64,000 nt of DNA, taken from contig NC_092371.1 in NCBI RefSeq assembly GCF_030028105.1, forward strand, positions 97,305,064 through 97,369,063. Reading direction: 5' to 3'. Origin of the DNA: Mobula birostris. Its lineage: Eukaryota. The position numbers and the translations under genes are program-made. The notes under the pieces were generated by a model, which was not told the DNA's origin, searched no databases, and worked only from the letters and a program-made list of their open reading frames with translations. This document shows, in pieces, positions 12,201-24,479 of the stretch. Position 1 is the first letter of the stretch; each line of letters opens with the position of its first letter.

Positions 12201-12860
12201 CCACTTCGCAACACTCAGGCAGGCCAGCGCGGTCTTCAATCCTCGCGACCATATACCGGTCAGGGTCCTATAGTCCACACACGTCCGTACCTTCTTATTC
12301 TTCTTTCCGGCCACTACTATTGCGGACGCATAGGGGTTTCGGCACTCGGTGATGATCCCAGCTTCTTTTAAATTACGCAAATGCTGCCGAACATCTGCAA
12401 GGGCCGGCCTCCACGACGACTCTCTAAACGGGGTGTATTCGGTCACCCTAATAGTGTGACGAGTGCTCTTTAAACAACCCACATAAAACTCGTCAGTGCA
12501 AAAGACATCTTCTAGCTTGAACATCTTCTCTACCAACCTTCTGTTCCAACCCGCCGGAACCGAGGAGTCCTCGACGTTGAGTGACTCTCAGCGGTCAACT
12601 TTCCCCTTTTTTCAATAGTTTCCCCCCGGCTTGTCTCACAATGTCACTGGACATTACCGTCGCCGGGAACAGATGCGCCAGCGGCATCCCCCGCTTGAAG
12701 GTGACCTCCTTCTTCATAGCGTTCCTGACAATCACTGCCACCCTGATCGCCTGTACCATTGAATTATACTCCGGGTTACCGATGCTACTGTTGTGGTGAA
12801 TTTCACCAGAAGCCTACAGACTGTCAACACCGAAACTCCAACTGCCAAGCTTGCCAAGAG
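9240..12860 (-). mobile_element. Degenerate Ty3/Gypsy pol (RT-RNaseH-integrase)
   Basis: RT motifs WFSVLDLRSGYYPI and LVCLDDLIVFG; RNaseH ALKWAVVDKL..FELRTDNSPLTY; integrase Zn finger HDDSGHLG..CKSC. Many frameshifts, including a 22-bp tandem duplication at 9972-10015. LTRs not identified. Confidence 0.88.
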
Positions 12861-12861
12861 T

Positions 12862-13343
12862 TAGAAACATAGTAAACCTACAGCACAATACAGTCCCTTC
12901 AGCCAACAAAGCTATGCCTAACATGTCCCTACCTTAGAACTACCTAGGCTTTACCCTTAGCCCTCTATTTTTCTAAGCTTCATGTAGTCATCCAGGAGTC
13001 TCTCAAAAGACCCTATCGTTTCCACCTCCACCAGCGCCGCTGGCAGCCCATTCCACGCACTCACCACTCTCTGCGTAAAAAACCTACCCCTGACATCTCC
13101 TCCGTACCTACTTCCAAATACCTTAAAACTATGCCCTCTCGTGCTAGCCATTTCAGCCCTGGAGAAAAAGCCTCTGACTATCCACACGATCAATGCCTCT
13201 CATTATCTTGTACACCTCTGTCAGGTCAGCTCTCATCCTCCGTCGCTCCAAGGAGAAAAAGGCCGAGTTCACTCAACCTATTCTCATAAGGAATGCTCCC
13301 CAATCCAGGCAACATCCTTGTAAATCTCCTCTGCACCCTTTCT
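12862..13343 (-). mobile_element. CR1 3' fragment
   Basis: RGHSFKVFGSRYGGDVRGRFFTQRVVSAWN and CR1 tail; same subfamily as 1125-2265. Confidence 0.85.
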
Positions 13344-13664
13344 GTTTTTTGTAGTTTATTTTTTATTAAAGTTCATCATCAAACAAACATTTCCATAAAT
13401 GTATTTCAGATATTGTACATATATATCATATAATCATATTTGCCACAAATCTCCACAAAATAGTTATCTGAGGTATACACCTATAGCAAAAAGAGCAAAT
13501 ACAGAACAAGCAAAAGGAGTAAGCTATGTACAAGTAGGGAGTGATCTTTTATTTTTACAACATATTCATTGATTTCTGAGAATAAAATCAGGCCTATGAG
13601 GTGTTAAGTAGTTGAACCATTTTTCTTGGTATGAATCAAATTGTTCCAACTTATGATTAACAGA

Positions 13665-14215
13665 TACTTTATACTTTATACTTTATTGTCGGCAAACAAT
13701 TAGTACTAGAACGTACAATCTTCACTGCGATATTTGAATCTGCGCTTCACACTCCCTGGATTACAAATATTAAATATTAAAAATAGTCAAAATTATTAAA
13801 TATTAAAATTTAAATTATAAATAATAAATAGAGAATAGAAAAATGGGAAGTAAGGTAATGCAAAAAAACCGAGAGGTAGATCCGGATATTTAGAAGGTAC
13901 GGCCCAGATCCGGGTCAGGATCCGTTCAGCAGGCTTATCACAGTTGGAAAGTAGCTGTTCCCAAATCTGGCCGTACGAGTCTTCAAGCGCCTAAACGTTC
14001 TCCCGGAGGGAAGAGGGACGAAAAGTGTGTTGGCTGGGTGGGTCGTGTCCTTAGTTATCCTGGCAGCACTTTTCCTAAAGCGTGCGGTGTAAAGTGAGTC
14101 CACGGACGGAAGATTGGTTTCTGTGATGTGCTGTGCCGTGATCACCATCTTCTGCAGCTTATTTCGGTCTTGGACAGGACAATTTCCATACCAGGTTGTG
14201 ATGCACCCTAGAAGA
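13665..14215 (-). mobile_element. Rex1/Babar-like LINE 3' fragment inserted in L1
   Basis: GCITTWYGNC..DTTHPANTLFVPLPSGRTFR..NSYFPTVISLLN; (tataaag)n-type tail near 13665-13690. Confidence 0.75.
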
Positions 14216-17200
14216 ATGATGTTATCTTCTTCATTTTGTAAATGTCCATTATAATTTCCATCCATGCGTTTAAAGCTGGGCTCCCCTGTGATAACCATTT
14301 CCTGGTAAGAGTCTTTTTACCAGCTACCAGCAGTATATTCATTAAATATTTATCTCTTTTCAACCATTCTTGAGGTACATACCCAAAATATATGGTCTTA
14401 CTTTCTAAGAGTATGTCACATTTAAAAATGTCTAGTAGGGCATTATGTATCTCACTCCAACAGTCTTTGATAACGGGGCAATCCCAGAAAATATGATAAT
14501 GGTTTGCATTTTGACTTCCACAATTTCTCCAGCAAACACGGAGGTTACTATCATAATGGGATTTCTGAGAGTGTGTAATAAAATACCTTATCAAGTTTTT
14601 CCATCCAAACTTCCTTCATTTCTGTGAACTGGTACACTTCCATTGATACCTCCATATTAATGTCCATTCTTCCTCAGATATAATTATCCCTCCTTCCTTC
14701 TCCCATTTTGTTTCAATGTATGAAGTCGAATGTGTTTTAAGATTTGACAAAATCTCATACAGGCTTGAAATCATTCTACTACCGTTATCTGAATTATATG
14801 CTTTTCTACATAGCTCTATCAAACATGTACTTGCCTTGGTTACATTTTAATCCTCCTATTAACATACTGTCGCATCTGTAGATACCGATAAAAGTCTTGT
14901 TTTTCTAATAAGTGTTTCTCTTTGAGCGTTTCAAAACTGAACAGTGTTCCTTCTTTCATTATATTGCAAAGAACAGTTATTCCTTTAGCTGCCCAGTCCT
15001 TAAATTTGGCATCCCGTTTATTCGGCGTAAAATCCAAGTCATATGCACACCATTTAAGAATTGCAGTATCTCCCTCTAGTTTATATTCTTTTATAATAGT
15101 TTTCCATATTTTAGGAGACCATTTCACCCATGGATTATCAGTAGAATTTATGTACCTTTGTAAGTTGTTACCAGCCAAAATTGCCTATATGGGGATGGGA
15201 AGTATCCTCTCCTCAACGTTTTTCCATTGAGCGTCATATGATGGGTTGCACCAACATATCACAGCTGTCAATTGTGCTGCAAAATAATAATCTCTAAGAG
15301 AAGGTAGGACCCATTCCCCCCCCCGCCTTTCCTTGGCTAATTGCAAGTTTTGAGACGAACTCTAGGCCTTTTAACTTGCCATATATATCTTGATAGCGAT
15401 CTTGTTCCATTCATTGAATTGATTCTGATTAATCTCTAATGGTAGGGTCAGAAAGAAATATAATAGTCTGGGCAATAGATTTATTTTAATAGATTCAACC
15501 CTTGAACTGAGACTAAAAAAAGGAATTAGGTTTCATCTTGTCATATCTTCCTTAATTTTTTATATATAGGCTGATAATTTCATTCTGATAATTTTGCCAA
15601 ATCTTTTGGCATAGTGATGTTCAAACATTTGAAAGACTCTGTTTGCTATGCCCAGAGATATCTACTTCCAATTTCTCTTGGTGGGCTATAGTTATATGAA
15701 AGTAATTGGGTTTTATCTGTGTTGATCTTGTATCCTGATAATTGACCATATTGCTCAAAGGATTGCATCAACTTAGGTAAAGAGTATGTTGGTTGCCCTA
15801 CATAGATCAAAATGTCATCCACATAACAGGCCAATTTATGCTCTGTCCCTTTAATAGCAATTCCCCTGATATCTTCATTTTGTCTGATGTAGTGAGCTAA
15901 TGGTTCCAGATATAATGCGAAGAGTAGTGGTGAGCATGCACAACCCTGTCTCATGCCCCTTTCTAGGGTAAAACCACTTGATTAATAACCATTGATTTTA
16001 ATTCCAGCTCTCGGGTTGTCATGTTGTGCCTGTATAGTGTTAATAATTGTGTCATGGAAACCAAATCCATGTAGAATTCTGTGAAGAAAATTCCAATTAA
16101 CCCAATCAAATGCCTTTTCAGTGTCCACGCTTATCATTATTGCATCGATTTTTTCCCTATATGATCCATAATGTGAAGTGTCCTTCGTATATTGTCTTGT
16201 GTTTGGCATTGTTGTATAAAACCTGCCTGATCCTTATATATCAGTGTGGGTAGAAACTCTACTAATCGTTTGGCCATTATGGAGTTAAATAACCTATAAT
16301 CTACATTAAGAAAGTATATTGGTCTAAATGACTCACATTCCATTTTATCCTTGCCTTCTTTCGGTATAGCTGAGATTATCACTTCCTTCCAGCTGTGTGG
16401 CATTTATGCCTTTTTTCAGTGTGGGGAGTAAGACAGGAATTAACTCATTTTTAAATTCTTTGTACCACTCTGCCATATAACCATCTGAACCTGGTGACTT
16501 GCTTAATTTAGGCCTACTAATTGCAGCTTTTAGATCAACTTCAGTTATGTCCGCAGTCATCATTCTATTTTGTTCTTCGCTTAAAGTGGGTAACTCTAGA
16601 GGATTTGGGGAAGTGTCAATTTGGGTCATGCTTCCTCCTGTAACTCTGGAATATAGAGTTTGGTAAAACACTTCAAAAGCTTCTTCAATTTCACTTAGCT
16701 TATTTTTTTTAATCATTTTAGTTCTCGGATCCCTAACTCTATGAATTCTATTTTTTGCGATCATTTTCTTCAGTTTCCATGCCAGTATTTTCATAGACTT
16801 GGATCTACTTTCATAATATCTCTGTTTCAGAAACTTTAAACTTTTCCTGATTTCTTGCATAGCAAAACTATTAATTTCATTCCTTTTTTTTAAAATTTCC
16901 TCTAATGTATCCTGTGCCCAATTCAATTTGTGTTTTTTCTAGTTCTTTCAGCTTGCTTTGTAATTCCTCAAACGCTTTATTCCTTATTTTTTCTTATATG
17001 AAGATATCCCTATAATTTTCCCTCTTAAGACAGCCTTCAGAGTATCCCATAGAACATTATCATTGTAATTGTAAATTTAAGTCACCTCCACATATCAGGA
17101 GACCTTCTGTTTCTGTTACCATAATATTAGTAATTTTCTGAACAATCTAATATCACTTCCTCTGGGTGCATATATATTCAATAGAGTAACTGAATTTCCA

Positions 17201-17514
17201 TCTATTTTCCCCCTTACCAGAAATAATCTGCCATCCTTATCTCCCATTTCGAATACCTTTTCAAAATTTAGCATGCTTGAGATAAGAATAACAACTCCTC
17301 TCCTATGTCCTGATTTATATGAGGAGAAGAACAAATTAGTGAAGCCCATTCTATTTCATTTCCCATGCTCGTTATCAATTAAGTGAGTTTCCTGTAAATA
17401 TATTACATGGGCTTCCTTTTTTACATTTTTGATAGAATTTTACTGTGTTTGATTGCATTTAACAGCCCACTGACATTAAAAGAAATGAATTTTACTTTGT
17501 CCTTTGCCGTTTGT

Positions 17515-17750
17515 ATTTAGACCATAAGAACATAAGACAAAGGAGCAGGAGTAGGCTATTCGGCCCATCGAGTCTGCTCCGCCATTTTAGCATGAGCTGA
17601 TCCATTTTCCTATTTTGTCCCACTCCCCCGCCTTCTCACCATAACCTTTGATGCCCTGGCTACTCAGATACTTATCAATCTCTGCCTTAAATACACCCAA
17701 TGACTTGGCCTCCACTGCTGCCCATGGCAACAAATTCCACAGATTCCATT
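17515..17750 (-). mobile_element. CR1 3' tail fragment inserted in L1
   Basis: Closely resembles the 3' end of the CR1 copy at 54222-54962. Confidence 0.8.
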
Positions 17751-18289
17751 TATCTGTCAATATATCATTGAAATTAGCAGAATAAGACTTAATCGATCTA
17801 CTCCCTGAACAAATTAGAAACAAGAAATGCGAATAATAAAAAAAGGCAACGAAGGTCTGATTCCAAGGCTGAGGTCTCTAGTAGATGACCCTGGGTTGAG
17901 CTAGAGGGAACGTCTATCCGTGGGGAATAGCCCCTCCTCCCTGTGAGTTGGGGAACTCCATTATAGAACCCATAAATGTAAGTGAACAAGTCTATGTCCA
18001 TTACACAGAAAAGATGTCCCTGTGTATTGCTACCATATATATATTCTCATTCAGGTGGGGAAAAAGGAGTGAATGAATGAATAAAAAATGAGTAATATAA
18101 AATCCCCATTATAATAAATATTTCTTGAAATAGGTACAGCACTGTGCTTTTTTTTTTGCTTCCATTTATCGTATCAACACTTTTAAAGTTAGCCAAACCT
18201 TATGGCTCTTCTGGAGGGGGTGAGGGCTGTCTTCGGAAAACTCACAGTCTCTTCCTTATATTCTCTCGCCCTCCTCCCGTCCCCTGCTT

Positions 18290-18705
18290 TCTCAGTTCTC
18301 TTACAATTTCCCAAACAGGTTGGGATGACTGCTCAGCCAGGCTTTCTCTGCACCCTTTCTATGGTTTCCACGCCCTTCCAGTAGTGAGGCAACCAAAATT
18401 GAGCACAGTACACCAAGTGGGGTCTGACCAAGGTCCTATATAGCTGCAATATTACCTCTCGGCTCTTAAACTCAATCCCAAGTTTGATGAAGGGCAATGC
18501 ACCGTATGCATTCTTAACTACAAAGTCAACTAGCGTAGCACCTTAGAGTGTCCTATGACTTTTAGATAGCTACATGGAGCTTAGTAAAATAGAGGGTTAT
18601 AGCTAAGTCTAGTAATTTCTAAGGTAGGGACATGTTTGGCATAACTCTGTGGGCCAAAGGGCCTGTATTGTGCTGTAGGTTTCTATGTTCCTATGTTTCT
18701 ATAAG
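18290..18705. mobile_element. Two abutting CR1 fragments in opposite orientations
   Basis: Minus RT piece about 18290-18555, then plus 3' tail about 18555-18705. Confidence 0.6.
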
Positions 18706-18714
18706 GAATAGGAG

Positions 18715-19130
18715 TGTATTATTAGCAAAACATTGGGAGAGGAATGTTCTCACTGTTTTCCTGCATGGAAAGTATGGCAATCTCTTTCACAGACAGTAAT
18801 TTGCAGGAGATCTGGGTACACCTGAAGTTACCGAAGAAATATTTTCGGAATTGATTCAAGGATCTGAACGATTTGGAAATTCCGGACTGGGTAACTAACC
18901 AACTTCTTTACAAGGAAGAACAACAGGAAGAGAGCTTGCAAGAAGAAATGATCGATATTCTGAATCACGAAAAAGCAAATATGTGGCAAAACAACATATT
19001 ACATAATAAGTAACAATGCAGCAATTATTAAACAGCAAAAGGATTTGTGAGAGCAGACTCCTCTCGCTCAATATACTGCACTGAACAATCGACCTGATGA
19101 TGTTCAAAAAATTCAGCTTCAGAAAAGCCA
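18715..19130 (+). mobile_element. hAT (Buster/Charlie-like) transposase 3' remnant
   Basis: First 70 bp or so homologous to 38797-38865; continues with LEIPDWV and LQEEMIDI-like peptides. Confidence 0.55.
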
Positions 19131-19134
19131 TGAG

Positions 19135-19990
19135 TCATAGATTCATATAGCACGAAATACAGCCCTTCGGCCCATCTGGTCTGTACCGACAAGATTCCTA
19201 TCTAAGATCGTCCTAATTGTCTGTATTTGTCTCAAATAGCTCTGAGCCTTTCCTATCCATGTACCGCCCAAGTTTCTTCCAAATGTTGTTAATGTATCTG
19301 CCCCAAACACTTCTCTGGGTGATTGTCCATATACTAACGACCATCTGCGTGAAAAGCTTCCCCTCTGGCTCCTATTAATTCTCTCGGCTCTATAGCGTCT
19401 TGTTCTTTCTTCCCCACTGGAAGGAAATGACAATTCGGATTCACATTATCAAAGCCACTCCTGGTGTAACTTACCTCTATAAACCACACTCCCCATTGTC
19501 GTACGCTACAATTTATAAACTTGTAGCCTGCACATCCTATCTCCATAAAGCAGCACCACGGCTATGCCTTCGTATCAAAAACAAATGTTCGTTTGTTAGT
19601 ATTTCCAAAGAGTCGCATGCTTTAAATCCCATGAATTGGAATTACTTTGTGCTCGTCTTCTTTTTAAGTAAAGCAGCAATTTCATCCGAATTGGAGACAA
19701 TTGTGAGAATTTCATGTCGCAAGATAAGACAACAAGACTATAAGATATAGGATCGAATCAAGCCATTCGGCCCATCGTGTCTGATCGACCATTTCATAAT
19801 AGCTGATTTATTATCCCTCTCAACCTCATTCTCCTGCGTCTTCCCTTTAACCCTTGAGACCCTTACCAATAATAAACTATTTCCGATTTAAACATGCCTA
19901 AAGCCTAGTCCTCCACAGCCAACTGAGCGAATGAATTCCACGGGCTCTTTACACTCTGGCTAAAAAAATTCCTCCGTATTCCTGTTCTAA
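19135..19990 (-). mobile_element. Two CR1 3' end fragments (about 19135-19400 and 19735-19990)
   Basis: Tails cagcccttcggcccatc and ccattcggcccatcg, plus the RT C-terminal remnant. Confidence 0.6.
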
Positions 19991-20199
19991 ATCTGGAACA
20001 AAATCCGCGAATCCAGGAAATACTCAGCAAGTCACATAGCATCTGTAGCTGTCAGGGGAAAATAGAGCCTAACATTTCAACTGAATGGCTTTTAGTAAGT
20101 TATTTCTTTGCTTGCATTTCTTGGTGTTCTGTTTAAATATTTCTATTACTTCCACAGGCTCCTTCTTAAGGAGAAACGAAACGAGAGGAAGATGCAGTG

Positions 20200-20810
20200 C
20201 ACTAGCAATGGGCAGCCGTCGATCCCAGGGGGTCTTGGGTTTGCGCCTCTGCTGGACTGTGTCCTCTCCAGGGCGCAAGCCTGGGCGGGAAGATTTGAAA
20301 CACCGGCTGTGGCTCATGCAGCGGGATCACCCTCTCCGCGTTACTGACGTATCCAAGGGAAGGGCAAGCGCCGATACAGCTTGGCACCAGTGTCGGCGCA
20401 GAGGCTGCCAAAGTGAAGTTGTAAACAACATCAAACTGCCTTAGGGACCCCGGTTCCGAATTTCTTCCTCGGGGTTTACTCCCTAAGCCTCTCCCATGAG
20501 TGGGTATGGCCGCAAGGCAGTGGAGGTTTAAAATCAGAGTTTTCCTTCTCCTGTGCGGGCTGCCGTCCAAGGCTGACGAGCCCCACCTGCCTGAAGCGAC
20601 TGGTTTTGAGGCGCCAGTGGCCCGCCTTTGCCTCTTCTCTTGTCTTTAGAAACAGCTCCGCCAGGCCAGGTAGCTAAGCCACACATCAGGGCCAAGAGTC
20701 GGACTTGGTTGTCAGAGGCTGTTAGAGACGCACGCCATTTGGAGCACATTATAGGTAGTGGGCGCTTATCCCCACTATCACTCCCGGCGATGACAACTTC
20801 AGGAACCAAG
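20200..20810 (-). mobile_element. Probable non-LTR (RTE-like) 5' region remnant
   Basis: Minus-strand motif ggggctcgtcagcc..aggagaaggaaaactctgattt..aaacctcc recalled from RTE-type 5' UTRs; not verified. Confidence 0.3.
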
Positions 20811-21981
20811 TGCACTAATACAGTATTAAACTACGATGTCACTATGGACTGAGACTGAAAACTTTTATAAGGTAATTGTCAATGACAAAAATATCAAGAT
20901 TATGTGTAATTTTATTGCAACGTAAAATACTGTTGAGTGTATTTATGTACTTATCCACGTATAGCTTGAAAGTATATTTTCTTTTGTTGAATCGGATTTA
21001 TTATGACGATGGTATGTTGAAGATCAATTAAAAATAGTACCTAGAATCCGTTTGCTAAAATTTAACAAATGTTTTTGCATGCTGTCTGAATTGTGGCTGT
21101 TTACCGCAGATCATCAATCAATCACTCTAGGTTAACTCCAGAGAGGTGGCTTCTGTGAGTTCCCCGGTCCTCAGAATGGCAGCAACTGGGGTCAATGAAC
21201 CATAAATCAGGAACCGAAAGAAGAAGCATTCCCAGATGTCAGTAATTTCGCAGTTCGGTATAATTTAATGAGCTTTCATTAACAGTTTTATCCAGTCCCA
21301 TTCAATGTCCACTCTATCCTTCTAAACACATACACAGGAGAGACGCAGACATTCGCACGCGCAAATAGAGGGAACAATACACGCACACATAGCCACACAC
21401 AAATAAACGCACAGGTTACTTCATTTTTGAATGTGTCCGTTTTTCTAAGGAGACGTGGAATTTTTTCATCTAGTAATCCCCTTTCTCCAGAATGCCTGAA
21501 TAATCTCACTACTGAGTTCATAAAATTTGAAAAATCCCGATTATTACAGAGCCATCTACCAGAAAAGGGGAACAATTGTTGGGATAATCCAAAAGGGAAG
21601 TTTATTACTCCGGGTCATTTATCAAGTTACGTCGAACCTTACCGGAATTCGCAATCTTCTCGTGAAAACACACACTTCTGATTCGACAGATTCTTCTGAA
21701 AAAAGAGATATAAATTAGAATATAAAGATTAATAGATTCGAGGTACATCTCTTATCAAAGGTATAAATTATACATCCCTGAGTTTTGTCTGTCTCGAAGG
21801 AAAACAATTAAAAAAAATAAAGACCAACACCGAATGCGGAGAGAAAGAGAGAAAAAAAACACAAATCATGCCAACAATAAAGCGAGCAACCAAACTGAGT
21901 GCTTAGATCCAAATCCCCGGAGCAGCCCGTGGAAATAAGACATGGTGATAAGAATTACAGAGTAGTGAAAAGGATCCTTAA

Positions 21982-22298
21982 TTAAGTATAGCCAGATGTC
22001 GTGATCGTTGCCTGAAGCGGGGTTGACTGAGTCTCGTGTTTCACCACACGGCAGCATTCCCTGCTACGGTCCCAGTCTAAGGCTGACAGAGTCAGGTTAC
22101 TCCTCGCACTGAACGTGTTGTCCGGCTCCTGCTGTACCTGGCTAGTCTCAACGCCATTCCTTCTCTTACTGCCGTTCACCGTCCATTCGATGTCCACAGT
22201 TTCCGGAGGAAACCTGGTCACCAAACGCACCAGGCGGTATTCTTTTTCGCGATTTCTTCCTGTAAAGGCCGGAACACGGTTATCGCCGGGGGTCGAGC
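21982..22298 (-). pseudogene. IGLC: Ig light chain lambda-like constant exon pseudogene
   Basis: RPPAITVFRPLQEEIAKKNTA/frameshift/LVRLVTRFPPETVDIEWTVNGSKRRNGVETSQVQQEPDNTFSARSNLTLSALDWDRSRECCRVVKHETQSTPLQATITTSGYT*. Aligns to shark C-lambda as I recall it (LVCLV, EWTVDG, NTFSVSSYLTLS, YSCVVKHET). Acceptor reads tg instead of ag. Confidence 0.85.
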
Positions 22299-22409
22299 AA
22301 CAGAAAATGAAAAAAAAAGTATAGGTACGGATGAATTCATTTTTAGTGGCTTTGATGTTAGAAGGTGACAATAGTAGCAGTCGGCACTTCGTGACTCCTG
22401 CTCCTTCGT

Positions 22410-24460
22410 TCATAAGATCATATAATCATGTGACATTGATGCAAAGGCCATTCGGACCGGCTTCGCTATTCCATCATGGCTGAGTTATTATCCCACTAAA
22501 CCCCATTCTTTGCCTTCGCCCCGTAACCTTTGTGGCCCTGTGACCTTCGACTGATCAAGAGCTTATCAACTTCCGCTTTAAATTTATCAAATGATTTGGA
22601 CTCCGCAGCCGTCTCCACACAGATTTATCACGTTCTGGAGAAAGATATTCCTCCTCCCGTCTGTTCTAAAGGGACGTCCTTGTATTCCGAGACTGTGGCC
22701 TCTGGTCCAAGGTTCTCCCACTATTGAAACCATTCTCTTTACGTCTACACTCCATCTAGGTCTTTCAATATTCGGCAGCTTCCAATGAGATAGTCCTTAC
22801 CAACACTCATTCATTTCAACTACAACAAGCAGAGGCCCAATCTATCGAACGCTCCTCATACGTTAACCCTTTCGTTTCTGGGATCGTTCTCTTGAACCTC
22901 CTCTGGACCCTCTCCAATGTCAGCACGTCCTTTCTTAAATACTGCTCACTATAACTCACAGGCGGACTGATCAATAGCTTATAGAGCGCTGTCCTTACGC
23001 TCTTATTGCTATATTACAGTCCTCTCGAAATAAATGCTATTATTGCATTGCCGTCTTACTACTGACTCAACCGGCAGGTCACCTTTCGGGAATCCTGCAC
23101 TAGGACTCCCGAATCCCTTTGCGTCTCTGAATTCTGAATTTCCCCGTTTAGAATGTAGTCTACGCCTTTATTTCCTTTAACAAACTACATAACTTTAGAC
23201 TTTCATAGGCTATGTTCCAGCTGCCCTTTCTTTACACATTTTCCTCATCTTTATCTGTCCTTGTGGTTCCACAAACTCCCTACTTACTCAACACTGCCTG
23301 CTACTCCAGCTATCTTCGTATCACCCGCAAATTTGGCAAGAAAGCTACCAATTCGGTTCTCCAGATCAGTTATGTATAATGTGAAAATTGCTGGAGCATA
23401 CATGGACCCCTGCCGATTATCACTAGTCTCAGGCAGCCAATCAGAAAAGCCAAAGCATTATTCCTATTTGCGTTCTGCCAGTCATCCAACCTTCTGTGCA
23501 TGCTTTTGTCCTTTCTGTGATACCGTGAGCTCTTATCTTGTTTAGCAGCCTCATGTGCGAAAATTGTCAAAGAGCTTCTGAAACTCCAGGTGAACAACAT
23601 CCACAGTAACACACACAAAATTCTGGAGGAACTCAGCAGGCCATGCAGCATCTATGGAAATGAGTATTTTCGACGTTTCGGGCCAAAACCCTTCGGCAGG
23701 ACACCATCCATTGCCTCTCCTGCCGTTGCTTCCTCAAATAATTCTAAAAAGTTTATCAGGCGAGATTTTCCCTGAAGGGAACAATGTTGGCCGGCCTATT
23801 TTGTCGTGGACTTCAAAAGACCCAGACACCCCATTTTGAATAATAGACACTAACATCTAGCAAACCACTGAATTCTTTGCAACTGGCCTATAATTCCTTG
23901 TATTTTACTTTACTCCCTGATGATAGAGTGGGGCGACGCTTGAAAATTTCCAGCCCTCCAGAAACATTCTAGAATCTAGAGATTCTTCACTGATCACTAG
24001 TCATGTCACTAAAATCTCTTCCTCTACTTATTTTATAATCCTGGGGTGTTGTCCATCTGGTCCAGTTGACTCGTGTGCCTTCAAACCATTCAGATTCCCA
24101 AGAACCCTCCCAATCGTAATAACGACTACATGCACTTCTGCTCGCTGTCTGTCGAAATTCTGGCATGCTGGTAGTGTATTCGGCAGTGAAGACTAAAATA
24201 TAATACTTATTCAGTTCATCCGCCGTTTCTTTGCTCCTCGTTACTATTCCTGTCGTGCAATTTTCCAGCGATCCAATGTCGACTCTTGCTTCTTTATAAT
24301 TCCTTATATATCTTTAAATAAACTTTTGCTATCCGCTTTTGTTTTATTGGCCAGGCTATCGTGATATTTCATCGTTTCTATTCCTGTTTATTTGGTTCTT
24401 TTCTCTTGTTTTTAATGGCTTCCCAAATCTCGAGCTTCACATTGTTGCTGTTTTTTGTAA
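22410..24460 (-). mobile_element. Old fragmented CR1 LINE
   Basis: Reverse-strand CR1 tail near 22445 and RT remnants through about 24460, interrupted by a Penelope-type repeat. Confidence 0.6.
23608..23703 (-). mobile_element. Penelope-type pseudo-LTR with degenerate hammerhead
   Basis: Minus: GTC CTGCCGA AGGGTTTTGGCCC GAAAC GTC GAAA (core A6 mutated), with the shared arm acacacaaaattctggaggaactcagcagg. Confidence 0.65.
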
Positions 24461-24479
24461 AATTGGTTACGTTTCCTTC

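Larger units (their letters stand above)
13344..18290 (-). mobile_element. Degenerate L1-clade LINE (ORF1 end, ORF2 EN-RT, 3' UTR) with nested insertions
   Basis: EN GKIDGNSVTLLNIYAP; [41 protein letters not shown]; Cys-rich CWRNCG..HIFWDC; C-terminus resumes near 13660 (SVNHKLEQFDSY..FILRNQ*); A-rich 3' end near 13350. Confidence 0.85.

Noticed and set aside
20530-20660. Possible HDV-like or hammerhead ribozyme (CTGACGA) in the RTE-like segment
   Set aside because: No GAAA after a stem II, and I could not build the HDV double pseudoknot by eye.
22355-22400. Minus-strand ADCYYC resembling a V F-strand
   Set aside because: No other V motifs, no FGxG, and only about 70 bp from the C exon; likely chance.
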